Assembly (NCBI GenBank): GCA_963804645.1
Contig: CAWDRG010000019.1
Location: forward strand, 1-64,000
Length of the DNA: 64,000 nt
Reading direction: 5' to 3'
Source: an uncultured Bacillota bacterium
GTDB taxonomy: Bacteria; Sysuimicrobiota; Sysuimicrobiia; Sysuimicrobiales; Segetimicrobiaceae
Shown: positions 1 to 11,491 of the stretch, piece after piece
Numbering within the stretch: the stretch's first letter is position 1
Layout: each line of letters starts with the position of its first letter
Program-made: the position numbers and the translations under genes
The notes under the pieces: model-generated
Databases searched by the model: none
The model's input: only the letters and a program-made list of their open reading frames with translations
What the model was told of the DNA's origin: nothing

Positions 1-35
1 AGGCGAACGCGATCGTGAGAACGCAGGGGGCGCCG

Positions 36-470
36 TTGAAGGCTTTTCTTGACACCTCCGTGTTGGTCGCAACGTTCTACGCCGATCACGAGCATCATGC
101 GCCTAGCATTGACCTGTTCCTACGATACGGGAAGGGCGATGCTGCGTGTGGCGTGCACAGCCTCGCCGAAGTCTACGCAACGCTCACCGGCATGCCAGGG
201 GCGCGGCGCGTGGGCGGTGACCACGCACTGTTGTTCCTTGGTGATATCCGCGATCATCTAACGCTCATTGCTCTTGATTCGCACGAGTATTTCCAGATGG
301 CGAATTCCTGTGCGGAGGCGGGCATCGTCGGGGGAGCGATCTACGACGCGATTCTGGGACACTGCGCGCTCAAGGCCAACGCTGAAGTAATCTACACATG
401 GAACACCAGGGATTTCATGCGACTGCCCGCAACCATCGCCAGTCGAGTGAGACGGCCCAACCAGCCGTAG
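36..470 (+). CDS. PIN-domain (VapC-like) toxin
   Basis: N-terminal FLDTSVLVA and later YDAIL...IYTWNTRDF PIN motifs; TTG start at 36 after a purine-rich RBS. Confidence 0.85.
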   Translation: MKAFLDTSVLVATFYADHEHHAPSIDLFLRYGKGDAACGVHSLAEVYATLTGMPGARRVGGDHALLFLGDIRDHLTLIALDSHEYFQMANSCAEAGIVGGAIYDAILGHCALKANAEVIYTWNTRDFMRLPATIASRVRRPNQP

Positions 471-581
471 AGACGGTTAGCCATTCGGGTGCGCACGTCG
501 ACCCGCCGGCCTTCGCATGACGGTCGTTGAACGCACCCTGCAGCGTTCGCCTTCGAGCGACGCTGAGCCGCCGTCGCAAAA

Positions 582-626
582 TTTGGGAGCAGACGGTCGT
601 CGGTTCAAGTCCGACCGCCCCGACCA
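582..626 (+). repeat. 3' half of tRNA-Pro(TGG), att-site relic, copy 1
   Basis: tttgggagcagacggtcgtcggttcaagtccgaccgccccgacca contains anticodon loop, T-arm and CCA with no 5' half; 44/45 identical to 12613-12657. Confidence 0.85.
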
Positions 627-629
627 AAA

Positions 630-1094
630 TTGACTAGGGGTTCGCGACGTCCACCTTGCGCGGTGTGTACGTCGGGTCCGGGCCGTGCGTGGTCCTTTGT
701 CGGGTTGATCGGCGCAGCAGGAATCGTCGCCCTCTTTTCTACTGTGGTCGCCGTGGAGATCGCGCTCAGCACCGTTGCCGAGCAGGCCTCCCCGACCGCC
801 GGTGCGGTCCAGACGTTGTGGGTCTCGCACAACTCGGTTTTCTCCATCCTCGACTTGTCTATCGCTGCCGCACTGCTGGGTTTGGGTTTGGCGTCGGTAT
901 CGGCAGGCGTTGCCCCTCGGGTATTTCGGTGGCTGGCGCCGACCGGTGCGGTTCTGCTCGGAATTGGCGCCTGGGCGTCGCCCGTGATCGTCGATGGCTC
1001 GGCCATGCCCGTTATGGGCTTGTCGCTGATTGGGTTCCTCATCTGGCTGGCGTTCGTCGCAGCAACCGGGGCGCGTCTCATCCGGGCGGACTGA
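630..1094 (+). pseudogene. Membrane protein fragment (DUF4386-like C-terminal helices)
   Basis: Several hydrophobic helices; no convincing start; begins right after the att relic. Confidence 0.4.
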
Positions 1095-1220
1095 GCGTCT
1101 CCGAAAGGCAGCCAAAACTAATCTGAGGTTAAGACAGTCTCCGACCGGCTACGGATCCCGGTACGGCAGCTCATCAAGCGCGCGCGAGAGCGCGCGACGA
1201 GTGGCGCCATCGCGGCCGCA

Positions 1221-1466
1221 TCAAACGCAAAGCGCATCAAGTTGCAGCAGCTTTGTTTCTGTGAGTTCCTCACTAGCGATCACCGGTTCTAGGGTGCCCG
1301 TCCACTCGTTCGGCGAGCTGACCACGTTGAACTTTGGTGCAGACTCAGAGGCGCCAATGCGCCACAAATCGATTTCGACACCAAAGAAAGCCAGCGTGTC
1401 TCCAGTATGGTCCTTAAGCCAGTCAATTGGGCATTTGCAATTTACGCTCATGGCACTCCTGTGCAC
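1221..1466 (-). pseudogene. Fragment of DUF4268-type protein
   Basis: IDWL...FFGVEIDLWRIG.S..APKFNVVSSPNEW motif; truncated at both ends. Confidence 0.6.
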
Positions 1467-2011
1467 GACGCCGGCGAACCGGGCCAGTCATCTCCTCGGT
1501 ACTTACCCAGAACGCGACCGATGAGCAGAACTATCGGGAAAACGATCTTCTGAACGGCTCGTGGAGGCACCATGATGGTGTGTGTGTGCCGATGCCGCCA
1601 CAGCACGTGAGCAAGATAAAAGATGGATGGCCTACCCGAAGTGCTGGCGTTGAGAACGGCAACTAGTGCCTGCAGGAAACGATCCAAGTCACCCGCCGGA
1701 ACTACCCTGCCACCCAACTCCAAAACGTCATCCCCGGCGTTCCACCATTTATGCGCGACCCCGGCGGGAAGGACTGCCGCTCCCCCGGCTGGTACAACGA
1801 GCGTCTCTGTTCCGATTTGCGCTCCGAGCGAACCCGCTTTCACCACGATTTCTTCCCGTTCATGGAAATGCACATGAAGGGGCGGGCCGTTTCTCCGGGG
1901 CGGCAGCGATCCATCCATCGTGAAGATGGTTTGACCTTCGGCGTCACGTACGCGGCCGATCCGCAGGGTCTCTCCGGTGTTTCGGATCTCCAATTGTAGG
2001 AAGTTATTCAT
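1448..2011 (-). CDS. Cupin domain protein
   Basis: GPPLHVH..E.E and PAGVAHKWWN cupin motifs; start MNNFLQ. Confidence 0.8.
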   Translation of the reverse strand: MNNFLQLEIRNTGETLRIGRVRDAEGQTIFTMDGSLPPRRNGPPLHVHFHEREEIVVKAGSLGAQIGTETLVVPAGGAAVLPAGVAHKWWNAGDDVLELGGRVVPAGDLDRFLQALVAVLNASTSGRPSIFYLAHVLWRHRHTHTIMVPPRAVQKIVFPIVLLIGRVLGKYRGDDWPGSPASCTGVP

Positions 2012-2583
2012 TGGCCCCCCGATCCGGACAATCGGATGCGTACAACAGGCACGTCGCTCGGGAACTCTACGCCTGCATCGCCACCACCAGCGCCGCAATA
2101 ACGGGCCAAGCCTTGCGCCCTTCAACGGAGCGAAGCCACAGCATGCCGACCCGGGAACTCCTGGCTTAAGCATCGTTGGCCATTTTGACGACTTCTTCCC
2201 GTGGGATGCCCGCTTCATCTCCCCAGTAGTCGCCCAAACCTCGGACTGGCTCCTTGGTTCTGCTCTGTGTCATTCGGTTCGCGACATTTGGCACCTCACG
2301 CCGACGCCAGAAAAATCAAACAGAAATGTACAGCAATTTACTATCAGGAGTGGCGCATTCCTCCCGCCGCTCGAAGGATTTGGTCCTCCCTCCGAGTGGA
2401 TAATGCTTTCGGCCTGGCACGGGCGACTGGACCTACATCATTCGGCCGAGAGCGTCGCGATCGCGATCTTGATATCTTTAATTGAGGTCGACTTCTGCAA
2501 CGTCCCCCAAGGCCGAGTTGGACGCCTCACGACCGGCTTGTGGATACACTCGGCAAGCGGCTGGCATGTGCGCGGACAAGTGA

Positions 2584-2871
<288 letters not shown>

Positions 2872-2922
2872 TGGTGTTCGTTCCGATAATGCCCGTCGGT
2901 GTTGACGTGGCCACTGTGTCAC

Positions 2923-3690
2923 TTATTTTCGATTCGCGCCAGTCGGTAGGGACTGGGATAGGCTGACAAGATTTTGAGGGGTGACGTGGATGAGGCCGCC
3001 CACCGGGCTGTCAATGTCCGCGATGAGCAGGAATGCGATGGAAACAACCAGCGGCAACACAAAAAGCAGACCGGCGTTTACTCTAGCGCTAAGCACACCA
3101 TAGCCGACCAACACGTTGCAGCAGATGGCAATCGCTATCAATAAACTCCATGCCGAAGCTGGGATGCGATTCCACCATGCCGCTTGGGTGTATCCCTGCG
3201 AGTTCAACACGTCGTTCATGCCCGAAACGGCGAGGGCCACCACGGGTGTCGGCTGCGCCAGAGCCGGACCCTGTACCGCCGACCACAGTTCCGCCTGTTG
3301 TCGAGCAGTATCCGCATTGATCTGCTGAAGCTCACCCTCATCGGCGGTAGTGTAGAACAGAATACGCAAATCGAGGTATTTTCTGATCAGGGCACGCACC
3401 CCCGCTGCATCCGCGGCGGGCAACAGTCCCGCCCGGACGTATTCCGTGCCGATCGCATTCGCCTCTGCTTCCTCGTAATTCTTGCGCAGATCATAGCGGT
3501 TGATGGCCATCGAGAAACTGAATCCGATGATGAGGGCGAGCAGTGTCAGCGCAGCCGTCTGCACAACGCCGAAATCTTGACGCTCGTCGTCCCCCAGGCC
3601 CCACCGATTACGCAAGGACGCCCCGATGTGTGCCGAGAGCCACAGTACGATCAACGAAACCAAGGAGAAAGCGACTGGATGGTTCAACAT
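2923..3690 (-). CDS. DUF4239/bestrophin-like membrane protein
   Basis: LLALIIGFSFSMA..RYD.R...EANAIGT.Y.RA and LIADIDSP..G.I motifs. Confidence 0.75.
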   Translation of the reverse strand: MLNHPVAFSLVSLIVLWLSAHIGASLRNRWGLGDDERQDFGVVQTAALTLLALIIGFSFSMAINRYDLRKNYEEAEANAIGTEYVRAGLLPAADAAGVRALIRKYLDLRILFYTTADEGELQQINADTARQQAELWSAVQGPALAQPTPVVALAVSGMNDVLNSQGYTQAAWWNRIPASAWSLLIAIAICCNVLVGYGVLSARVNAGLLFVLPLVVSIAFLLIADIDSPVGGLIHVTPQNLVSLSQSLPTGANRK

Positions 3691-3892
3691 GCGTTCTGTT
3701 CCCCCAATGAGTTCCAGCTCAACTCAACCTCAACCTCAACCTCAACCTGCCTCCGCTTATGCGGGACAGGCTCCGCCCCTTAGCGCTACAACGGTACCCG
3801 GAGGTGTTGCGCGCGCTGCGCGCCACGACCTGGCGCAGCTGGCAGCGCCCGTCCGCGACGCGTGCTGCGATGGCCGACGGTGTTGACGCTGT

Positions 3893-4741
3893 ATGGACAT
3901 CAGGAGAAAGCGCGCTTGGCTACCCGCAACGAGGCCGGCCATCGTACCTGGTCGCCGAGGGCGAGACCAGAGATGCTGGCGGGGAACCGCGCGGATGCCG
4001 CCGACGTCGGGGCGTCGGCGCCAACGCCCGGAAGCTGCCGCGACGGTGCGCAAACAGAGCCGCGCGGATGCCGGGTTCTACGATTACAAGATCGTCAGAA
4101 CGATCGAGGCGCACCGCGGCAAGTTCGTGATCGTCGCCCGGCTGACGCGTCCACTCCGCGCCGTGATCACCGGGTTGGCGTACACGGAAGTGTACCGGGG
4201 CTTGGCCGTTGCCGAGTGTCAGTACCACCCCCATCGCTGGCCTCGTCCCTATCGCTTCGTCGTCGTCCGCAAAGCGCTGCCCGAAGAGGAGAGTGCCCAG
4301 ACGACGCTGTTCACCGTCGGTCGGTACACCTACCATGCCTATGTCACCAACTCCGCCTCCGGCCCCGCGCTGTCTACCACTGTACAATGCCAGAGCCGCG
4401 ATGGAGAACATTATCAAGGAGCTCAAGGCCGATTACCCTCTCGCCAAGATTCCTACCAATCAGTTCGCGGCGAACGAGGCGTACTTCCACCTCTTGCTGT
4501 TCGCCTACAACGCAATGAACTGGTTCAAGCGCCTCTGCCTACCACCCGAGGACCATTCGTTGACCCTCGGTACGCTACGTCGGCGGCTCCTCTTGATCCC
4601 GGGAGACTTGTGCACACTCCGCAGGGACCGGTACTCCGGCTACCTCCTTCGCCGTCACGGCGAGAGGTGATCGAACATGCGCGCAGTCGCATCGCCCGCA
4701 ATGAAAGGGATTCAACCCAAGATCACCGCCAGGGTGATTGA
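3893..4741 (+). pseudogene. IS1380-family transposase remnant (frameshifted)
   Basis: RADAGFY, YHAYVTN and YNARAAMENIIKELK...FAANEAYF motifs spread over different frames. Confidence 0.75.
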
Positions 4742-4988
4742 TTTCCATCCGGACAAACTGTGCATTTCTCCTTATATGCGGCCACTTGGGTGTGTGTTTC
4801 GCCATACCGAACGGCCGTGCCTGTGTCGTATTGCCGGATAGAGCGGAGACCGAGGACTGCCGTACCACATTACGAAGTCTGTGTGGGCGACCCCGAAGAT
4901 AGCGGCCTGCTGCTCGCTGCCATGGCGGAAGATCGGCAGAGCGATCCGCGACTCCGCGCGCCGCGCTTAGAACGCGGGAAGGGCGGCG

Positions 4989-5342
4989 CTACGCCGGGTG
5001 CGCCGAGGCGTCGGCCTTCGCGTGCCTCTTCTGCGCCCAGCGCCGGTACGGGATCCCCAGAAGCACGCTGACGAGCAGGTAGAGCAGGATCGCCGCGCCC
5101 GCGTTCACGTCCGGAAAACTGGCCTTGGCGATGGCGAGCGCGATCCCGGGGTGCCGTGTCGCGGACGCCAGCGCCAGGGTACTCCGCTCGTCGGGCTCCG
5201 GTCCACCGAGCAGGTGGCTGGCCATCAGCGCGAGTGCCGAGACGACCGCGATCGCCAGCAGGCTGCCGTTTCCGACGAGCGCGACCATCTCGGGCCACGA
5301 GGCGACCAGGATCGGCACGAGGGCCAGGAGCAACGCCAAGGT
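4989..5342 (-). pseudogene. Bile acid:Na+ symporter (BASS) family gene, 3' part, interrupted by IS110
   Basis: LGGP...RSTLALASATRHPGIALAIA; rejoins 7159-7663 in frame as ...GQVGTLALLL... Confidence 0.8.
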
Positions 5343-5403
5343 ACATTTCCTAATTCATGTCAACAACCCCTTCGATCAAATTTAGATAGTTCACGTCAGG
5401 CAA

Positions 5404-6879
5404 TCAGTGCGCGATCGTCACCGGTCCGGTTCGATCCATCTTTTGGGACCGAGTAGAATGCGCACAGGAGGAAGTGGGCGCTCTCCGGGAGAGGCGCTCT
5501 GCGCTGCCTCGATGAGCAACCGTCGAACCGTTTCGCTTCCGTCCTCTGCTTGCCCGCCGCGCGGCCCGGATTTCCTCAGGCACCTGGTACTGCGTCAGGA
5601 CGATGGTCCGCGCTTCGCGCACACTGATCTCACGCCGGTCGACATCCTGTAAAACGTAGTCGCGCTGTTCAGTGAGCACTGCGTGAATGCGCGAAGCGAG
5701 ATGGCTCATCACGGCACCGACCGCCTTGTAATGCGGGTTGCCCTTGTGAACCATCTGATCGTAGTAGACCTTGGCTAGTTGCGGGTCCCATTGCCGCGCA
5801 ATCTCGGCGGCTTGATAGAGTGCGAGCTTCACGCGCTTCGGTCCGGCCTTGGTCATCGGGAGGCCCTTCGCGTCGCTATCGGCAGATTGCGACGCATGGG
5901 CCACGACGCCGGTCCAACCTCGGAAAGCCGCTTGACTGTGGAAGCGCTGCGGAGTGCCCACGGCGGCGAGAATCGTAGGCGCGGTGACATCGCCAAGGCC
6001 AGGCATTGTTCTCAGATGGTCTTGGGGTGCGACCTCTTGGTACCGACGGGCGATAGCGGCCTCGAGATCTTTCAGCTCGCGCTGTTCCACATCAATCAGG
6101 CGCAACTCTCGTGCCACTTCGTCTCGGACGTCGTCGAAGAAGGTCTCGGTTAGCAGCCCCACCTCCATGCAGGGACGGTAAAGTCGCGTGAGCTGCTCGC
6201 AGGCCGTGCGTACCCGCGGGACGAGTTCTTCAGCAGGCGCCTTGCGCAAAGGCCTGTCATGCAAGGCTTTCAGCAGCGCGGGTTCGTCCGTGTTGCTCAA
6301 AGTGTCAGGATTTAGCGACACAGTCAGGATCGCGCGAAACGTGGGTTCCCAGGGCTTGCCTGTCACCGCCATCAGTCCGGGCAGGTATCCGCCGACTACC
6401 GCTTGGAGACGGTTCTTTCGTGCAGTGATGCTCTCGACCAGGTGTGCGCGCTGGCGCGTCATACGATCTAATCCCTGAAGCGCCGCCGGAGGGAGGTCCA
6501 CGGCGTAGAGTTTCTCTGGATCCACCAACGGCATCTTGGCCAACGTGAGCGAATCGATGCGATCGGATTTCGCGTCCTGTTTCAGATACTGGCGCAAGGC
6601 GGCCACCTTGCTTGTTTTGATGCGCACGACTTTGACGTCGGGCAGCTGCGCGCGCAGGTACAGGCAGGGAAGAAGCCACGCCAACCCGGTGGGTTCCATG
6701 ACCACCGTGGAAGCGCCGGGCGATGGATCGAGTGTGCGGATCCGCTGCTCGAGCTTCTGCAATCCCACCGAGGACGAGTCAAACGTGAAGTGCTGCGTCA
6801 CTTGGCCCGTTGCGTCGAGAATGGTGCAATCATGAGCACCGTTGATGCTGAGATCGATGCCGATGCTGTGTCCGACCAT
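5404..6879 (-). CDS. IS110 DEDD recombinase/transposase
   Basis: GIDLS, MEPTG, KSDRIDS, TMPGLG, QSAD motifs. Confidence 0.9.
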   Translation of the reverse strand: MVGHSIGIDLSINGAHDCTILDATGQVTQHFTFDSSSVGLQKLEQRIRTLDPSPGASTVVMEPTGLAWLLPCLYLRAQLPDVKVVRIKTSKVAALRQYLKQDAKSDRIDSLTLAKMPLVDPEKLYAVDLPPAALQGLDRMTRQRAHLVESITARKNRLQAVVGGYLPGLMAVTGKPWEPTFRAILTVSLNPDTLSNTDEPALLKALHDRPLRKAPAEELVPRVRTACEQLTRLYRPCMEVGLLTETFFDDVRDEVARELRLIDVEQRELKDLEAAIARRYQEVAPQDHLRTMPGLGDVTAPTILAAVGTPQRFHSQAAFRGWTGVVAHASQSADSDAKGLPMTKAGPKRVKLALYQAAEIARQWDPQLAKVYYDQMVHKGNPHYKAVGAVMSHLASRIHAVLTEQRDYVLQDVDRREISVREARTIVLTQYQVPEEIRAARRASRGRKRNGSTVAHRGSAERLSRRAPTSSCAHSTRSQKMDRTGPVTIAH

Positions 6880-7156
6880 ACCGTCCCCTCCCGTCGCAGT
6901 GTCGAGCCAGCGACTGCCATCACTTCACCATCCCCGGTCCCCAGCGTTGCGTTTGGCATCCGGGGCCGTGGTCCACATTCCACGCCCCACTTTCCCTAAT
7001 CGGGTCCTCCCCGGGGACATCGCACTGTACCTTACGAGGCAGCCCGTAGGCTCCTCACTACGTGTCGCGCCATCCCTGGCCCGCGGGGAAGACCCTTCCT
7101 TGATTTCACTCGGTCCCCTTCCGTCCTCAATGGTGAGGCGGCGCGCTCAATATACA
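6880..7156 (-). ncRNA. Putative IS110 bridge RNA (upstream non-coding end)
   Basis: About 277-nt non-coding end; hairpin 7036-7056 flanked by segments matching the insertion target. Confidence 0.6.
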
Positions 7157-7158
7157 AC

Positions 7159-7663
7159 CTACCTGTCCGAGCCCGGGCGCGGCTCGCTTCGCGAACGCCG
7201 GCGCGGTGCGTCCTATCGCGATGCCAACCACAAGGGGCAGCAGCACCGTGACGAGCACCAACCGCGCGACCTTCGCGGCGGGAAGATATGCGTTCACGGG
7301 AAGGACGCGGCTCAACAGGATCAGGGCGAGCGGGACCAGGACGATTGCCAGCACGGACACCGTCACCAGCAGGCCGAAGACGTAGCCTGGGTGCCCCCCC
7401 ACTTTACGCTGCGCCACGGGGAGAATCGGCGGGATCGGCGACACCGACATCAGCACGATCGCGAGCGCGACAAGGGGGTTCAGCCGAAACCCCAGTACCG
7501 CGAGCGCCGCGACCACCGGAACGACGACATACATCGATGCGACTGAGCGGAGCAGGAGGCCGGGCCGGCGGAACAGATACATCGCGTGCTCGATCGTCGC
7601 GTCGAGACCGAGCGCCACCACGACCATCACGATGCTGATCAGCACGAGCACCTGCAGCCACAT
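7159..7663 (-). pseudogene. BASS family symporter, 5' part
   Basis: ALGL......LFRRPGLLLRS...MYVVVP...SPIPPILP. Confidence 0.8.
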
Positions 7664-7952
7664 CGCGAGCGTCCCCTTCTGCGTCCCTATCTTGCCCGAG
7701 ACTCGGTCGTCCGACGAGCGCGCGGCCGCGCTCTGAACGAACTGCGTCCTTGGCCGCTACCCTACACCTGGCCCAGCGGCGCCCCGCCTGCGGGAACCGT
7801 GGCCAACTGCGCCGGATTGGACCCGCCGCAGTTCTCTGCCCTGTGCAGCTCCGTCCGGCTGCACGCGCTCGCGGGGGCGATAATGCTTTTCTCTCCTCTT
7901 TCAAACTGATGTTCGGCCGGCGCGATGCGGGTAGCTGGTCTCGACCCGAACT

Positions 7953-9234
7953 CTTAGGATTTGAAATTACTTGACTATTTGCGAGCCGGACCTGGCAGGA
8001 TGCTATAGTTCCAGTCGCCATGGAATGCGTGGGGCTTCAAGTTGATGATGTTCATCTGTGCCGCCGTAGGTGTTTGATTCTTTGGGATATTTGCGGGTGT
8101 CGAGCACGCATCGGACCTTCAAGCCCGTCTTCGTTTTGGTCGCCGCAATGAGATTGACGACCGCCGCATGCGTGAGCAGAGGACGGCCTCGCCACGTGTG
8201 CGAGATGAAGGCGAACAGACGATGCTCGATCTTGTTCCATTTACTGGTCCCCGGGGGGAGATGACTCACGGAGACGACCAAGCCGGTGTCCCGTGCGAAC
8301 TTGTAGAGTTCCCATTTCCAGAGGCGCAGGCGTGCGCCATTACTGCCGCCGCTGTCGGCGGTAATGAGGAGCGACGTGGCGCGTGGGTACTGCTTCCGCC
8401 CCAGTTCGCGCCACCACCGGCGGATGGTGGCCACGGCAAACGTCGCGGTGTCGTGGTCCACGCCCACACTGACCCACCCGAGGTTCCGCCCCAGATCGTA
8501 CACGCCATAGGGAATCGCCTTGCCCCGCGCGGCAGCGAGGAAGTCATGGACGTTCACCGGTTCCGGGTGGCCTCGCGGGCGCCACGCCCGCCCGCCGTTC
8601 TTGAAGCGGCCGACCAGTTCTTTCTTCTTGGTGTCCACGGAAATGGCCGGCTGCCCGCGCGCCATCTGCGCGGTGACGGCGGCATTGATCTGCTCAAACT
8701 GCGCATTGCGATCGGGATGGCGGGCGCCCTCCAGCGTTTTCCGGTTGGCTTGCAGACTATAGTCCAAGTCATGGAGCAAACTGGTCACCAACGTGTGGCT
8801 GATCACATACCCGTGCGTCGTCAACTCCGCCGCCAAGCGCCGTGTACTCTTACAGGTCCAGCGCAACGGGGACGCTGGATCTCCCCGCGTGACCGGTTCC
8901 ACCAACCCCTCCAAAGCCGCGGTCAGGCCGGGCACCAGTACCGTCATCCGCTTCCGTCCGCCGCCCGCACGTCTCACCCGTCCGGGGGCGACCCCGTGCT
9001 TCTGCCGGAGCCCGCGAGTCCGCGCACGATCGTATTGCGGGCTAACCCGGTGGCCCGACCGACCACCGCGATCCCGCCGCGGCCCATCGCCCGCGCCTCC
9101 GTCCCCGCCCACCAGCGTCGGTGCCGCTCGTCCATCGCCGGCACCAACGCGCGGTATTTTGTCCTGATCGCACGTTCAGCGTCCACATCCTCAATATCGG
9201 GGATCCAACGCAATTTAGGTCGGTTCTTCCTAAG
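7953..9234 (-). mobile_element. ISAzo13-family element, transposase frameshifted
   Basis: DERHRRWWAG.EA, RGDPASPLRWTCKS, ISVDTKKKELVG, TADSGGSN, PPGTSKWNKIEHRLF; short terminal IR cttagga/tcctaag; boundaries approximate. Confidence 0.8.
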
Positions 9235-10468
9235 GGCCGCCGAACCACTTGTCATAGACTTGCCGATATGTGCCGTTCTCACGAAGCGCGACCAAGGCGC
9301 CGTCAATCTGCTTGCGCAGGGGGCTGTTCAGTTGCATGAGGATCGCGACCTGACTATGGTCAAATTCTGGACCGACCACCGTTACCCGTCCCTTTCCGTC
9401 ATGCGCCGCATAATAGAGGAGGATCGGTGTGGGCGCGACCACGGCGTCCACTTTCTGGTCCAGGAGAGCACGAAACATTGGATCAGGAGTCGGGAACTCC
9501 TGTACCTGTGCTCTCTGGTTCCGAAGATAATCAACTGCAGGAGAGTCTGCTAACGTGGCGACCTGTTTACCGGGCAAATCGCTCGGCCCTTCGATAGTTC
9601 CGCGAATCTGCTCCACTGTCAAGCTGGTCGTGAGTTGGGCAGTATAGGACGCAATGAACACCACGGCGGCGAACATCCAGAAAATTGCCAGGGTGCGGGC
9701 CACCCATTGACGAGGCATCTCCTCCACCTGTTGCGCCAGAGTCGCGAGCCCCCAATAATATGCTTGAAAGATACCCGGGAAGTAGTGCAGGTTCGAAATG
9801 ATGCCGTTTTGGTGCCGCCGCTCGAGAAAATAGACGAGATGGGCCGGGATCAAGACTAGCACCAGGGCCACGCCGAACCATTCGATGGTCGTGTACGAAA
9901 ACAGGAGACGCAACATGTCCACTATCGGCGTTGTGGTCCCTCCCGTTGCACCGGTACCTCGCACCATGATCTGTAGGCCTGTCTCCACTATTGGATACGA
10001 AAAATCGAAAGCCGCATCACGTGCCGACGTGATAATGATCCCGGGGCTGAGGTCGGCGCTTTTCGATTGCAGCGCCTTGTCCAAAAGGCTTATATTAGGC
10101 ATGATTTGATAATTCGTCTTTACCCCTAGCCGCGCGGCAATCGCATTCCAAAGATCGATGACGAATCCGGTCAGCGACCCGTTTTGTTCCATAACAGCCG
10201 GTGGAGCAATGAGAACGGCTACGCGGAGTGGGACCTTGCCCTGTGCCGAGGCGGCCGAGGAACTGGGGGTTTGCGAAGAAACGGGCGCCGACGTGGCGGC
10301 GCCGATCAGCAAGACCAACGCGGTCGCGGTGAGTGCCGATACCGGCACCTTGCTCCAACGATTCAACTGGATGCGCGCATCCACCGTGCACGTCATTCGA
10401 CCGTGGTTGCAAGCCCCCCTGCTATTTGACCAATGGTCTGCGGACGGAAGAGCGGTCCCAGATCGCAA
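9230..10468 (-). CDS. Ligand-binding domain plus 2-TM ion channel (GluR0-like); start uncertain
   Basis: SBP family 3 S1/S2 halves flanking M1-pore-M2 (ASYTAQLTTSLT, IEGPSDLPGK). Confidence 0.8.
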   Translation of the reverse strand: MRSGTALPSADHWSNSRGACNHGRMTCTVDARIQLNRWSKVPVSALTATALVLLIGAATSAPVSSQTPSSSAASAQGKVPLRVAVLIAPPAVMEQNGSLTGFVIDLWNAIAARLGVKTNYQIMPNISLLDKALQSKSADLSPGIIITSARDAAFDFSYPIVETGLQIMVRGTGATGGTTTPIVDMLRLLFSYTTIEWFGVALVLVLIPAHLVYFLERRHQNGIISNLHYFPGIFQAYYWGLATLAQQVEEMPRQWVARTLAIFWMFAAVVFIASYTAQLTTSLTVEQIRGTIEGPSDLPGKQVATLADSPAVDYLRNQRAQVQEFPTPDPMFRALLDQKVDAVVAPTPILLYYAAHDGKGRVTVVGPEFDHSQVAILMQLNSPLRKQIDGALVALRENGTYRQVYDKWFGGP

Positions 10469-10632
10469 TGGCTTTTTAGTAACGTCGGGTGCGCATGAAG
10501 TTCAATTACGATGTTGGGGCAGGGCATCCCGGGGACAGCGGCACGACGACCACCATCGATGGCCCGGGCATCTGAGGTGCTTCCCCCACGCGCGAAGGCC
10601 CGTGGGGGAAGCACCTCCAATACTTCCAGTGA

Positions 10633-10890
10633 TCAGATTTGCGACTCTGGTGCAAGTGTACCGAGCAACAGGCCGGCCCCGCTTAGATCCTCGTCGAGTT
10701 GCGGCCCGCGAATGCCCTCTCCGTCGCCGAGGAGTTCCCACTCGCGCCGCTGGTCCGGTGTCGCATGCAGGAGGCGAGGGAGCCAAGCCAGCGGTGTACT
10801 GACCTTCCGGCCGTCCCGCAGGTGCACGATCAACTCGTCGTCAGTGACCTCCACCTGCTGAGCCCGGGGGTTCGGTTCAACCGCCAAAGA
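10633..10890 (-). CDS. DUF2442 domain protein (5' end uncertain)
   Basis: VTDDELIVHLRDGR.VS.PLAW.PRLLHATP.QR..WEL.G.GEGI...LDEDLS. Confidence 0.75.
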   Translation of the reverse strand, partial: SLAVEPNPRAQQVEVTDDELIVHLRDGRKVSTPLAWLPRLLHATPDQRREWELLGDGEGIRGPQLDEDLSGAGLLLGTLAPESQI

Positions 10891-11189
10891 ACGCTTGCCA
10901 CGCCTCCAGGAATCGATCGCGGCCTCGGCGACCGTCCGCACCAGAACGCTAAGTCCATGAGCGGCGAATTCGGTCGAGGACACAGGCCCCACCGGATCGA
11001 GCGAAAACGTAGCCAACCGCCGCTCACGCCGTACGACGTGCGATTACATTTGACTAACCTCATCAGACCCTCGGATGCCACACCGGGTGATCGTCGAACA
11101 TTGTCATGGTGCTTGACAAACATACCGTCGCGTTGTGGGCCGCCCAATCGCCGCCCGTCGGGGAGCAGGTGCTCAAGTCGTCAGCAATC

Positions 11190-11345
11190 CTCGGAGAAGG
11201 CCAAGAAGCGGCAGCAGATCCTCAGTCACCGTCTGCCATACAAATTGCCGCATCGATCGTCAGGTATTCGTGAACGATGTGGTGGCGCATGCCGCGCATA
11301 TCAGCCCAGGAGATGGTGGAAGCCCGCGACTGAACGTCAGTGGGA
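11190..11345 (-). pseudogene. HepT/DUF86 (HEPN RNase) fragment
   Basis: Reverse strand reads ISWADMRGMRHHIVHEYLTID (Rx4H), then a frameshift into VWQTVTEDL. Confidence 0.65.
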
Positions 11346-11491
11346 ATGTGCCAAGGCGGCGGACACGGCTGCGGCTGCGTTGACGACGGCTTTTGCCGCG
11401 GAAGCGATGGGTCGCTTTCGCGTGTCCGCTCAGGGGCCGACGCCGAATCAGGCCCGCGTGTCAGCGGTGGGGCTAACGCTCGTCGCAGTAC

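Larger units (their letters stand above)
5345..7158 (-). mobile_element. IS110-family element
   Basis: Removing it, with the GT core dinucleotide present at both junctions, restores the symporter reading frame. Confidence 0.85.

Noticed and set aside
3718..3748. (ctcaac)n short tandem repeat
   Set aside because: Only about five 6-nt units with no spacers; not CRISPR and no evident function.
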